In this document: one piece after another, positions 26,808-41,101 of the stretch
Numbering within the stretch: the first letter of the stretch is position 1
Layout: each line of letters begins with the position of its first letter
DNA from: Eledone cirrhosa
Lineage: Eukaryota
NCBI GenBank assembly: GCA_964016885.1
Contig: OZ024746.1
Coordinates: 65,596,001 to 65,660,000, forward strand
Reading direction: 5' to 3'
DNA: 64,000 nt
The notes under the pieces: generated by a model
Databases searched by the model: none
The model's input: the letters and a program-made list of their open reading frames with translations, nothing else
Told to the model about the DNA's origin: nothing
Position numbers and translations under genes: made by a program

Positions 26808-27798
26808 ACACACACACATACATACACACACACACACATAAATTCACACACATATACACTCACCCAAAGAAATACACTCACACAAAGGAACACACACAAA
26901 TCCATATACCATTATGAATAGAAATCAGAGATCTAAAATGCATGAAACATCACACAATATAAATAAGAATATAAACGCGCACGCACGCGTCTATGAGAAT
27001 ATGAATTATACTGCAGAAATCTAGTCGTGTGTCACAGTCTGGTATGGACGTTAGCCAATCTGCTTTGCTACAGTATGTAAAGCTAGCCAACATCTTTATT
27101 TTAATTTCTAATATTTTCTAGACTGAGGTTGGTATTTCATGACCTTGCACCCTGCCAGCATAAAATATCCTGAGAAAGTCTGATAATCTTATCACGAAAC
27201 AAAGCAGTTCTTTAAAGATAACACATTTCTGTAGATGCCTCTATAGCCGGATTTTAGACGTAGAAATAAAATATGTGTCGAATGATATTTTCTATCTATT
27301 TTTACTTGTGTCTATATCATCTATTTGTTATATGTATTAATTGAATTTCCTGTTCTATATTGAATGCTGAAAATTAATAAGAATTAATGACAGATTGTGC
27401 TATTCCCAACATAGATCTCTAATGGTAAAATTGTCCAATACGAAAGTAAAGCATGTCATAGGTAATGTTCCTACCCGAATTCTGATGCAATATGCATAAA
27501 TGAAACCTTTTCTAAATCATTTGGTAGAAATATGCATATTTAATGATGCACGCATATTTTATAATTGATTCTGCAAATTGTTTTTTTACGATTCATTTAT
27601 ACTTCATTTAACATCTATAATTGTTAACCATTTTCTGAAATACGGCGAAGTTAGATAAGAATTATTTTTTACCTAATATTCTTGCAAATACCGGGTCATT
27701 GTTTTGCTTCAATTATTTAAAGTTATTCATCCCTAGTTAGATTCTTGAAAATATTCAAGTTGTAAATTTATATCATTATTAATCCTTTTACAAATAAT

Positions 27799-27985
27799 TG
27801 CTTCTACTTTTTTGGCACAAGGCCAGCAATTACCCAGTGTATTACTGGTACTTTATTTTATCGACTCCGTAAGGATGAAAGGCAAAGTTAACCTCGGCGG
27901 GATTTGAACTCAGAATGACAAGGGCCGTAACTCAATGCGTCAAAGCATGGCGTCCGACCCTCTACCGATACTGCCAATCCACCGC
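27799..27985 (-). mobile_element. SINE family A, full length, 15-bp TSD
   Basis: TSD CCTTTTACAAATAAT at 27784-27798 and 27986-28000. Confidence 0.92.
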
Positions 27986-28590
27986 CCTTTTACAAATAAT
28001 GTTCATGTATTATATTTGGCTTAATTTAAGATATCAGACAAAAGGCTTATTTATATAACTGGACACATAATGTGAAAATAATTTTTATAATCTAATGCAA
28101 ATAATATATAAATAATATTTTCCTTTTTAAGAAGTATTTGTATTATTAAAAAAAAAATGTTTTAAACAGGTATAGAAGTATAGTGGAATTCAGTTAGATA
28201 TCAGTGTATATCCAATTTCTTAGCATCATACCACAAGCATTGGAAAAACGCTGTTCTGGTTTCCTTTATGTCAACCATTTCACATAGATTTCTAATATTT
28301 ACACCATTGGAAACAACACTTTTTAAACATATAAGTATACATTATTCCAGCTATTGTGTCAAGAGATACTTGATATTTGAAATCGGCTGTGCCCCAACAA
28401 ATATCAATTGTTAATTTCTTCTAGGCTCTTCACTTCTAAATGTTGCTACATATAGAGATGCAATGAAATAACAGATACGTTTTACTTCAAGTTACTAATA
28501 CTGAATATGAAGAATACATTGTAACTGGATGTTATCAATGATTCAGTAGATCAATACTGTAATTTACTGAATTATATATGCTTGTTTGAA

Positions 28591-28710
28591 GGCGCGTGGC
28601 TGAGTGGTTAGAGAATTGGATTCGTAATCGTGAGGTTGTGAGTTCGATTCCCAGACTGGGTGATGCGTTATGTCTTTGAACAAGATACTTTATTTCACTT
28701 TGCTCCTTAT
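28591..28710 (+). mobile_element. tRNA-derived SINE family B (CORE-like), 5' part
   Basis: A box TGGCTGAGTGG, B box GAGTTCGATTCC, then TGAACAAGATACTTTATTTCAC. Confidence 0.75.
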
Positions 28711-31094
28711 GCTTGGAGTTGTGACCGATAGATAGTAATAGCAATTGAAAAGACCAATGGAAACATTCTTTCCTCGGTCCGATTTCACGAACGTCTATCG
28801 ACTGTATATATATATATACACACACACATATAAATATGTCAGAATACTTAGGCTTTATGTTTCAAGAGTCATATCACAACGAAGGAGTTATCGTCCGAAT
28901 TTAGCTTATATACACTTTTAGTTTTCTTCTAGTTTGGATTTCGCTTTATAAAGAAAAATGTCAGTCATAGATAAACTTTGCTTATACGTGTAGTATTTTG
29001 TAAAAGTCCTCCAATAATATCCCCAGGAATGTGTGGTTGACTTTGGAGCAAATATGTTTCATTATACAGTTAATAAGAAATGCAAGTATATTATTTTGCA
29101 CTACTGGTCCCCATGAAATCTCAACTCCTCAAATAGTAAAATATGCATTGTCAATCCATAATTCCATTGAAATTCTATTTTTGTGACTGTTTGATTATTA
29201 AGGTGGTGTGCAATCCACTTAGTAGTGAAAATGCAGTTGAGTTGAAAATATCAGTTAATTGTCATACAGACATTATAAATGTTCTGTCTTAAATTTCGTT
29301 AAACGGTTAGTTAGGTATATATGAAATCATGAAAACCGTTGCAGACTTAAATGTTAGATACTGCATACACAGCAGTCTTGAATCGTTGTTTGAAGGGATA
29401 TATACATCTACATAAACAAAAATACACGGATTCACTGTTTTACATCATTATATTGGACAGTAGACTCATCTCTCGGAATAAGTAGTGAATATAAAATATA
29501 TTTGTTATTTCACACAGTTCACCGTCGTCTGCCTGGGTATGATTAATTAGGTCAATATATGGCCCGCAAAAAAAACCTCTAATGAATTATTCTTTCGCAT
29601 CAGTAGAGGACGAGTTGATCAGCATAATATTACTGTATTATATAATTTATTTCATATCAATATTAATATATTTATATTTAAATAGTGACTGTATAGATTG
29701 TCTTGAAGTCTATTTATTTCCAGTCGAAATTATTAGTATAAATCAACTTTGCCTATATTACGGCCACTTTTCTATTCCTATTCAAGACATTTAGAACATG
29801 TATCATGTTCCAATATTTAATGAAGCTACGTTCACTTTTTTATTAGTATTATTGTTAATGTGACAGCTTGGTTTCAAATGCTATCATTTTGATGACCTTT
29901 TCAATTCATTCTGTACGATAGTATAGTAATAAATATATTTGTTCCCATGTAATCTGTTTTGACAGGAGACATTTTATTTAAGTTACAGTTGCAATCAATT
30001 CACGAGAGCCGAGCAAATGTCTAGTATTATTGCGGTAAAAATCAAATATTAAAATATATGTATTAGAATGTATTATCATTAAATAGTAATGTCGCTAATA
30101 TTCTTGTCAGTTCATTATTATCTTGACGTGCTTAATTATATCACGATATAAGTATTGAATAAATGTACATAAATATAAGTATTGTATAAATATACATAAT
30201 ATTTCAGGAATACCTTTGGTCGGCTGAAGTATATTTTATGCTGTAGCAGTTTAGAGAAAATGTCTCTTTCATGAGATATTTCCTAAATAAGTAATATTAA
30301 ATATTCTGTTCCATAAACAGTTTGTGCGTTACCAGCTTGATATAAACTAATTTTGTATTACTTTCCTGCTGGGTGGAAGGAACGTAGTAATTACAGTAGA
30401 CATAAAATGGCGTGTCATTTATTGCGAACATCTTCGTTTCCTCTATAAGTTAATAGTTTTCATAAAATTGTTATTTGCTGGTTAGCTTCTGAAATGATGC
30501 TAGACTTTGTTCATTAGAGATAATTTGTAAAACTATAATATATTTATAACGTAGCTTTCACCATATTCGTATATAACGTTCGTTAAGTAAACTATTTGTT
30601 TCTTCACGACCTTTGTAAATGTTGATCAATATATTTAGTTTGTTACAGGCTGACGTCAAATGTATTACGCTCTTTTAAACTATTTGAATTGTAGTATCAT
30701 TTGGACTAAATTTACGTCTCTAATTTAGTGCTCCTCTTCTGTAGTTAGTAGTTCTACCAAACATCATGAGGCTACATCTAGAAAATATTAAAAGAAAAAG
30801 AGTTAGAATGGGGCATTTGAATATTCTCCATTTGAATATTGCATTGATTTTCTAATACAGAAAATTTTAAAGAAGCAAAGTAATATAATGAAAATAGAAT
30901 CATAAATTATATTAAAAAGGAATAGAGAAAGAATCTACTCGATTGCTAATACGCTGCAAGGTTCGACTCTGGAAGAATTACACCTAAGTGAAAGTCAACA
31001 ATGGCTTAAAAGCTCGGTGCTAAGGGTATGAACAGAAATAATAATTCTAACTGCACAAGACTAATGGCCGCAAGCAATTACAAGAGTCGAAAAA

Positions 31095-31428
31095 GAAGAA
31101 ATTCTTCGGTCACGAATGATCATGTGATTTGCATCTAGATAGTTTCCCTCCGAGTCACAAGTCCGGGCAAAGTTGTTTGAAGAAGACCAGCAGTCGACCA
31201 TGCATACCGGCCTCCACTCTCCACACCACTGATGATGTCCAAGGGAAAGGCTATGCGCGATACAGCTTGGCACCAGTGACTTCGCAACTCATTTCTACAG
31301 CTGAGTAAACTGGAACAAGGTGAAATAAAGTGTCTTGCTCAAGGACACAGCGCATCAGTTGGTCTGGGAATCGAACTCACAACCTTTGAGTTGCAGGCCT
31401 AATGCTCTAACCACTAAGCAATGCACCT
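31095..31428 (-). mobile_element. SINE family B (CORE-like)
   Basis: A/B boxes on minus strand (GAGTTCGATTCCCAGAC), CTTGAGCAAGACACTTTATTTCAC core. Confidence 0.8.
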
Positions 31429-31883
31429 AAATACATTGAAAACGTGTCCTAACATCAAATGCAGTCTCTGCACTAAAGACAACGGCAGGGTTTAACAAAT
31501 TGATTCCGGCTGCTGAATCCTTTTCAAATCAGACGGAATTAATTTGACAACTATATCCACTGGGAAATATGCCCACATTACGCTGGGAAAACGGACAAGA
31601 AGTGGCTTTAAAATGAACCAAAGACGGTACATGGAAACTATCTGGTCACAATCATCTGAGGTATGCCCACCCAAACTGAAAATGAGGTAAATACCACTGT
31701 CCAAGCATAATAATCAAAGACTGGAGAAAAGAAACATATTCACACTTAATATACATCATCATCATCCTTTCTGGCGAGAATATTGCTTGGAAAGTAAATA
31801 GAATGAATAGCAAATTACAGTATATGTGATATTAACCTGAAAACTGTGCTAATAAGAATTGAAGCACTAGATATAAAAGTAAT

Positions 31884-32067
31884 TGTTTCTGCTTTAGGCA
31901 CAAGGCCAGCAATTACCCAGTACATTACTGGTACTTTATTTTATCGACCCCGTAAGGATGAAAAGCAAAGTTAACCTCGGCGGGATTTGAACTCAGACTG
32001 TAAAGGGACGTAACTATGCTAGAAAACATGGCGTCCAACTCTCTACCGACACTGCCAATTCACCGCC
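31884..32067 (-). mobile_element. SINE family A, full length, 17-bp TSD
   Basis: TSD CTAGATATAAAAGTAAT at 31867-31883 and 32068-32084. Confidence 0.92.
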
Positions 32068-32239
32068 CTAGATATAAAAGTAATATGAACTAATATATAT
32101 CAAGTTTCCCAAGACTACACGCTATAAAATATAGCTCTGCCAGGAACATCCCTCATACGGCACAAGACATTATCATTTCTATTGCAAAATTCAAAATGCA
32201 ATAGAAACTTGCGTGAAACTGACGAAGAAATAACAAGCG

Positions 32240-32370
32240 ATAATTATTTCTACTTTGGGCTCTAGTCTATTGTTTCAACTCCAGTATTTGATAGGTACTA
32301 TATTTTATCAACTCCGAGTGGATAAAACCAAAGTTGATCCCTGGGAAATTTGCACTCAGAATGTAAACAT
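32240..32370 (-). mobile_element. Old diverged SINE family A copy
   Basis: Degenerate core GGTACTATATTTTATCAACTCCGAGTGGATAAAACCAAAGTTGA. Confidence 0.55.
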
Positions 32371-35300
32371 TCGAAACAAACCGCATTTCATATATATTTC
32401 ATTCATCATTTGTCGGTCGGAATCTCAATTATTCTAGTAGGGAAGTAGGATAATCTTACTAAGAGAATACCCCCACTACACAGGAGAGGGCAATAATCCT
32501 AGCACTTAAAGATAATATTTAGTTGGGTTTGATACTCACGTAAAGTTTTGTAAGTACGTCCTCAACCCCCATCTATTCCAGAATGGTAGGAGTTGGTTCT
32601 GGTTTGAAGGGAATATGCCTTCTCGGTAACCCAGTGTTGCTGATTCTGACGGCTGTTCGCTCCGTCCAGCCCCTTCGTATGGTCAGTGCTTGATATGATG
32701 AGGGAAAAGGATCTCACAGCTGCAGAGTTAGCTCTTGGAACTGGAGACTAATCTATCGTTTCCGACGAGACGGAATTGGTGAGGCTACGCGCGAGTTGGA
32801 ATGGCTATATAAACACATTTCCCTCACTAGCTCCTGGGTTAACGCATGCTCTATTATATCAGCTGGAAACTGTAGTGACATATACTTGATGCTCGGGATG
32901 TCGTTGGAGAGCATTCTCCTACAGTTTAGGTTCTAATTGGATTTCTAAGGTTTGGTGATATTTTATATAACGAAACAAACTTCTAAGTTCTCAGGAAAGT
33001 ATGCACAAAATTAACCCCCCTGTTCTCTTGATATTCAAAGGTTCCATGTGAGTGAAATGCAAACTTCCCCTCTCCGGGATTGCTCCTGGAGAGCAAATCA
33101 TTATCATTTGTAGATAAACTTGTAGAGTCGTTCCTATTTCTATTTTAATTTTATCTATCAACCAAACGACAAAAACGTATATTAGTTAAGATTGGAAACT
33201 TGTTATTTATACTCCTACCACATAAAATGTTTCGTTTTTAAATATCAGCAAACAGGCCATACAATATCCACCGGATTCTGTTTCTCTTTTTCTTTTTTAA
33301 TTACGTTTTAAATAGACACATAGGATATCATGGAGTAAATTTGATAGTAGTTCGCAACTCAAACACGCAATTATGATTCAAAGAGACTGATATCATTTAC
33401 ACATACTAATTACTTAAATTTCTAATATACCTACCTCAATCTTTGCATAATAGTAGATATTCGTTTCGCTTATTTTGGTTTCGTCCTTCCTGTAAATTTT
33501 GGCAAACGTACTATAATTAGGAGAGTTCCAACTTTAATATGACTTCTCTCCGAGACAGTTTGCCAAATGAATTCAGTAAATTTGTTAACTGTGGAAAGTT
33601 CAACCAAACATTCTTTTTATTATGTTTTTCTTTATGTTTGAAGCGACTCTGTACACTATTCCATCCTCATTATACGATAGAACTAATCATTCAACCTTCC
33701 ATTCTTTGCCAAGCAATTAAAGTGAAAATGTTTTCGCTGTAATAAACAAATTCCATTAATTTGTCATAGAAAATGTTTAGTAAGCAGAAATCGTGTTGGT
33801 AATATTCTACCACAGCTTTTATAATTTCAAACTTTAGAAACATTAATCTTGTTTTTGCACGCAGGAAAGATGAAAATAATCAGTCACATATAGAAATGAA
33901 AATTTCTCCTTAATTAAAGTGAAAATGTTGATTTCTGGATATTATCTAGAATTTATTATTTGTTGTTATTTGTTCAGTAGAGTGAACACATATATCGTTG
34001 ACATTTGCCACAGTATATTTCTTTGTATTCTAGGAAATATGTGGCCACATATACCACATACACGAACGTTGCACACTAAATCTATATTTCATATATTCAC
34101 TATCACCCAGAGAACGTAATAGGGTCCCACTATAAATATACACGTCCTTATTGTTTTCGTAGGGCTTGTACTGACAAAGACTCAGTTGTCGTGTGGAGAT
34201 CACAATGAATTAGGTACCTTCCGACAATTTCACCACATCCACTGGTAAGATTTGTCTTTTCTGATGCTGCTGTGAGTGCACAGGTATAACCCAAGTGTAA
34301 CACGACTCATCACTTAACCATAATACAGTACTTCCATCCAGCTCTCTGAGCATTATTTGTCACATTCTGTGTGTGTGTGTGGGGGGGGGGGCGTGTGTGT
34401 GTGCGTGTGTGTACGTGTGTTTGTGCACAATACTGTATATTGACGTTTCTTTTCCGGATATAGCCATATAGTTCTCACCCTCTTAATCTAGTAAAACATT
34501 CGTCTGCTCCTTGCGTCTGACATCAATGAACCTCTATATAGATTTCTAAATGAGGCGATGTCAAAGAATATCAATGATCACACTGATGATTGTATCACAC
34601 CATTCTGTTTTCTTCCAACGTTATATGCTGAAATTTAGGCAAAGTCGGGTTTCTATATTTACTTTCTTTATGGTTTACACTATTAACAGGTACGTTTTAC
34701 TTTCAAAGTTTGTAAACTACAGTTGAGAATTTCTAATTTCGAAATGAGATAGGTCATTCATCATTGATCGTGTTAGAAATAGTGTCAAGAAACAAGCCGT
34801 CATGCATATAAACAAAATAATGATTGGCATTCGAAATGTATCTCTATATTTAAGATGTCAAGTAAAAATATATGTTTCTAATAATATATTTTTCGGAAAG
34901 GGAACAACAAACTGGCTCTAAGTATCAATCATTTACAACATCATTATCATTGTAAGAGACATCTAGGAAATAAATTCTCAATCATTGCAGTACGGATTAT
35001 GATATGTCTAATAGATAAATGGCACGGTGAGATCAATTATAATTACATAGACAATATGTTATATTGCACACGTGTCTCATAATACCATTTCTTTTATATG
35101 TATTGCCTTAATTTTACAATTTTCTTGTTCAATATTTATCAACAACATGCACTGGGATTTTCATACACTATAGGGATTAGCGCACATAATGAAGACTAAA
35201 CATAGCCTATCCATATAATTTGGAGACATCAAATGATATCGATTCGAAGATATTCTCTCTGGGGATCATGTGTACATCTCTAAGAAAAGAAAACATCCAG

Positions 35301-37124
35301 AATAGTTTCTAGTCACGTCTTTATATTAGAATATAAAAGAAAGTAAAATACACATGTTATATAGAAGAAAAAATGAATGTCTCTGGCATTTTTCATTTCC
35401 TGCGCTTGGATGCTTTTGATAGGAGAGAATGTGAAACATTGTCATTTTTAATTTTTGTAATCTGAAAGATTTTAAGCTCAGAATTTGTAATCTGAAAGAT
35501 TTTAACCTTAGAATTTTTGTTATAATATTTTGTTTAATTTACACTGTCCACACTTGTGTACATGCACACGTAGCAGTTGTACAATTATACACCGGAAACT
35601 AAGTTTGAAATTCAAGAAAGTAAGCCACGTAAGTGCATTTGGGAATGAATATAACATGAATATTAATAAAGAATACCTATCTAACTTAGATATTAAATTC
35701 CATATCTGAAGAGAACATTCTCTCTATGATAGAGAACTGAGATAGGTAAAACGACAGATTCAAATATTTATGACGGGGGTTACGGCACGTTAACAAAATG
35801 GATTTAGGATATATATTGTGACATTTTGCCCCTAAATTTGGTCAGAGGTATAGTATGTGTGGGTTTACAGAAAGTTTGGTTCTGCTCGTAGTGTTCACAT
35901 TTATAAATAAGCTTCGTTCATTTCCTAACATTTGTTCTTAGCGTATTTGTATTCCTATATTGATTGCTTCCTTGATACGCAATCTTTAGAGCTGTTCCTC
36001 TGGCTTCCGATAGCGATAGGTATATTTTCTGTAACATTCATATCTAACAACATAATCGGTTATTGGGCAAAAACTATGTTAAAACATATTTATATGAATT
36101 TGATATTTAACTCACTATGAATTAACATTTTAAGCAAGAATAGTCTATATAAAAATTCAATTATTTATGTAATGTGAGCCCGAGTCTCTGCCACTGAAAA
36201 TAACATTCAATTGACTTTCTTCCAATTGGCAACAAACTTGTTTCAGATTCATGAATATGAAAAAAATGAACGAATACAAAGTGTGCAAAATACAACGGTC
36301 TGGGTGAGAGTTTTAAAATTCCTGTGTATTGGGATGTATATTTGATCGTGTGATAGACTTGTAGTATGCTCATAATAGAATCAAGAAAATTATGCTTTCC
36401 CTTGATTTGCCAATGGCTTTCGGCCAGATTTTGTCTCAATATTTTACTATCTATAGTAATGTTAGCACGAAAAGAACGATATTCGCAATTCAAAAAAATA
36501 TATAACAAAGTATCCTTGGAAGCAACATTACTGTATAATTGAAGACAAGTATATAAATATCATATATAATGATTGAAATGTGAGTCTAATAATACAATTT
36601 TCAGATGATGTTCGACACGTGAAAAAGGAAAAATATTGATAAGTGTTCATAGAGAATTGATAACGTTTTTGAGTTTCTAAGTGGCGAGAGTCTTAATACA
36701 ATAAAACAGCAATTTCTTTTACTGTGAATGTTAAGTAGAAGTTAGACGGAACTTTAACTCTCTTAGAGGAGTATCATTTACTTGCTAAACTAAAACGTTA
36801 TTTGTTATCATACATATGTTAACAAGCCTGTCACCAAAACAGTATGATTTCAAAATGATATTTTAAAACTCATGTTTTATTCAATAAGATAAGCATTTCA
36901 AAAATATATGAAATGCAATAAGAACTACAAAAAATATTCATGGGAATATCTGATATTACCGAGATATTTGCATCATGACTAACTGATATACATCTTATAC
37001 TTATTTAATAAAGTGTCCCGGCTAAGTAACGTAAATGCGACGGGCTATTTTGAATCTTACTTGTCATCTACTAAAATCTGTGGAAATAGGCCTAACTAAT
37101 AGTATTCTTCTATACACTCTACAC

Positions 37125-37345
37125 CAGACATGTCTAACTGAGGGTCCCCCGAGTGCCACACGAGTCATATATGTATTGTCTGGGGGCCACACACGACAAC
37201 TAAATTGTGCATATTACAACTAATTGTTTTCATTTTATATTACGAGGATAAAACATGCTCGCACTGTAAAAACCTTAGTGAGGGCAGCATGTGTGCTTGT
37301 AAAGGGCCACATGCGGCCAGCGGTCCGCATGTTTGGAGAAGCCTC
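37125..37345. mobile_element. hAT-type MITE
   Basis: Degenerate CAGRCATGTCYAAC-type TIRs, GGGCCACA subterminal motifs, 8-bp TSD CTCTACAC/CTCTACAT. Confidence 0.7.
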
Positions 37346-37859
37346 CTCTACATGGTACTTATGTTGCATATAACGAAATGTCTAAACATATGTAATGTTA
37401 TTGTTGGTTTGCCATATATACTTGCATTAGCAGATATACCGTGTCTAAGACACTACTTTTTTTCTAAAATAAGCCTCAAAAACCTACCATGCGTCCTGGA
37501 GGCCGAAGGCTGATTATTAACTCGTATCCTGTATAGGCGGGAGGTTAAATCATGCACCATTGGAATATTGTGAATAATCCAGTGTATGTGAGTGTCTATT
37601 CTAGCATTAATCTGTGCCTACGGATATATAGTTTTTATTTACATAGGGAAACAGTGTATAAAGTCAATTAAGAGCCTCAGGAGGCTCCATATGTCATATA
37701 TCATTCACTGATAATTATACCTAAACTATTTCAGGGAAACTAGGTTCTATCTAGTACTAGATAGACGTGGTTTTACTTTTCATATCGCTCTTCATCTCAA
37801 GAGTCTCATCCTGATAGAGGCTGCAAACATGGGAGCCACCACCGACCGGGGGGCACCTC

Positions 37860-38130
37860 ACGAAACGTAGGCCATTTTATAGCTTCCAGATCAGCTGCGA
37901 AAGGACCGTACTTTTCGCTTGTCAATACTGTTGAAGGTGTGCTGAGAACTGTACGATCTCTGCTTGAAGCTATTTGAAGCTGCTCCCATGTACTCATACG
38001 TCACGTTGAGGGAAGTGACCCTACGTTGGTTAATCAGATTTGTCACTAGACAATCATTTCTGAGCGGGCATAAGTCAGGGTTTCTGCAGTTGCATTTTTT
38101 GCTCGGCACCGATGCGTCTAAACATATTTG
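37860..38130 (-). pseudogene. PLE GIY-YIG endonuclease relic (different PLE clade from 3350-4480)
   Basis: CNCRNPDLCPLRNDCL..YMGAASNSFKQRSYSSQHTF matches the CNCR..CPL..CL..YIG..FK.R pattern. Confidence 0.7.
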
Positions 38131-39442
38131 ACCGGCAGATATCGTTATCAGTAATTCGAAACAAATAACTTGCTTTAATTGGTTACGCACTGAATACGTC
38201 CTTTTACTCTCGGATCGCTTCTTTCTCTCTCCTTCACGTGTTTAATTAGATATGTAATAGACACAATACTAACATCATTACAACAGCCTGGGATAACTGA
38301 ATGTGATGTATCAGTATGTAAGTAATACCATGCTGAAAACGATAATAAAATAAGAGAAATAAAGAACTTTGTCTATCTATTTAAAAATAAAGGAACCATG
38401 TAAATGCGTTAATGGTGTGATAAACAATGACTATTGGCATTTAAACCATTGTTTGCTTATATTCAAGCACTTCTTTTAAATGGCTTGCTTCCCAAAGTTA
38501 AATGTTAGTATTTAAAGTTAATTTTCATACCATATTATATCCTAGTCGTTTTCAACCGAGAGGAATATTAAATAATATATAACAACGATATGTTTTGAAG
38601 ATGTTTTTCAAGAAACTATATATTGTATTTCGATTTCTTAATAATGGGATAAGATGTTTGTGGTCACAGAATATTATCATAAATGCTATCTCTTCTATTT
38701 TGTATTTTTCAATGTTATTTTCTTAAATGTGCACTAAGTTTTTGAACTATAGAAAATATTTTGCTTTCATATTGTATGGTATTATAATATGGAAATATTG
38801 AAACACAGATGAATAAACGAATGCGAATAAATGCACAACTAAATACACTAAAAACAAACATCTCTCACAATGAATATACAGGAGAAAAACAACTATTTTT
38901 GGAAGTTACCACTTTTAAATGTTTATTAAACAGAATGTGTTGAATATTAAAGAAAATATTACCATAAAGCGAGGTGGGGAATAAAAATAATTTATTGGAA
39001 ACTCTTTTAGTTAGAGATATCTTGAGTGAAATGAAAACAAAATTGAAAATTAATATATTTCCTTACTTTTCAAATGATGTTAACCAAACTGTATTATAAT
39101 ATGTCTAGGTGTTATGAGACACGTTGAGAAACATGTAGTGAAAACCATATGAAAAAAAAAGATAGTTTATGGAAATTGTAAATATATTGATCGAAACATA
39201 TTGTGAACGATAGCATTCAATTATTAGAAATAAATAGATACAGTAGAAGACAAATATAGCGTTACAGCTACATATGGCTTCTGTGGTCTTTTAGCTGTGT
39301 GAAAACGTCAAATCCACTTTCACCTGCCTTTGATCAGGTAGATTGTGACAGTTACATCCGCATTGAACTTTTCAAAGTTTAACTCGTTTTTCGTGGAATA
39401 AAATGTGTGTGTGTATGTGCGTGTATGTGTGTGTGTATGTAT

Positions 39443-39489
<47 letters not shown>

Positions 39490-40068
39490 TGTATGCGTGT
39501 GTGTGTGTATGTATGTATGTGTGTGTGTATGTGTGTGTGTGTGTGTGCGTGTATGTGGGTGTATGTATGTATGTGTGTGTGTGTTATACGAAATCTGTAA
39601 AAAAGGTATTTGAGTTTAGGTTGGAAAAATTACGTATTTGTTGGGGTTCAATTCTTAATCTTCTTTGAAGGAAACTCCTCGAACCTCCATGCACTTAGAC
39701 CTGAGAGGACCCCAAATATATTAAATGTTGTACAGTCATGTTAAGTACTGATAGTATTTCTTAGCAACTGTCCGTATCTGATGCCCATTCTGTGGGCACT
39801 CGCATCGTTCGCTGACAGGATTTGGTTTTCCGGGTCAGACACGTACATATACGTGTCGTCTCCAGGAATTCAGGATCCTTATTGGAGGTATCGGGTGAAA
39901 TGAAAGCAGTAGAGTACTGAAACGAAGGATGCCTGACAACGACTATCAAATCCGATAACTCACCAAAAACCAAGTGTGCACATGAATGTATGTATGTATA
40001 CATTCATGTGCATGAATATGTATGTATATGTATGTATATATGTATGTATATATATATATATATATATG

Positions 40069-40502
<434 letters not shown>

Positions 40503-40515
40503 ATATATATATATA

Positions 40516-40776
40516 TATAAATAAAATAATATAACAGGAGTTTGGAGTGGTGTAAATCCTTGAAAGGTTCATAGTATAATAGACCTTTCAAGGATTTACA
40601 CCAGTTCAGCCTCCTGTTATTTTATTTTATTTATAATTAACTCCGTATTCGCACCACGAACTACACAAACGAAGATGGGTGAACTGCACTGCGTTGAGTA
40701 CTCTTCACAATATTACACCAGAATTGACCATACGGAATGACCAGTTCTATCCAGTGGTGAGCCAACAAACCTAAAG
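40516..40776 (+). repeat. Fold-back element of the 15077/18563 family: ~53-bp arms plus 140-bp tail
   Basis: Loop TCATAGTATAATAG matches the HHR cleavage region of 18504-18517; tail homologous to 15077-15220 (inverted). Confidence 0.85.
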
Positions 40777-40869
<93 letters not shown>

Positions 40870-40874
<5 letters not shown>

Positions 40875-40933
40875 CTTCTAATCTATTGTAAAATTGTATT
40901 CGTTGATTAATCAACGAACCATATTAATCTTTG

Positions 40934-41021
<88 letters not shown>

Positions 41022-41101
41022 CAGAGAGAGAGATGACCAAAGATTAATATGGTTCGTTGATTAATCAACGAATACAATTTTACAATAGATTAGAAGCACT
41101 C
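40870..41101. repeat. Inverted repeat centred on (TC)n(TA)n(GA)n
   Basis: ~70-bp unique arms, each with internal palindrome TTCGTTGATTAATCAACGAA. Confidence 0.9.

Larger units (their letters stand above)
30790..32180 (+). pseudogene. Old R4/Dong relic interrupted by two SINEs
   Basis: QQWLKSSVLRV*TEIIILTAQD, KCSLC, YIHWEIC and IALPGTSLI match the C-terminus of the 45936-49325 ORF. Confidence 0.7.

Noticed and set aside
28591-28660. tRNA-like sequence
   Set aside because: No proper acceptor stem; continues into a SINE body
32450-33110. Moderately GC-rich block resembling decayed coding DNA
   Set aside because: No recognisable motif in the frames examined; probably an old TE fragment but cannot be assigned
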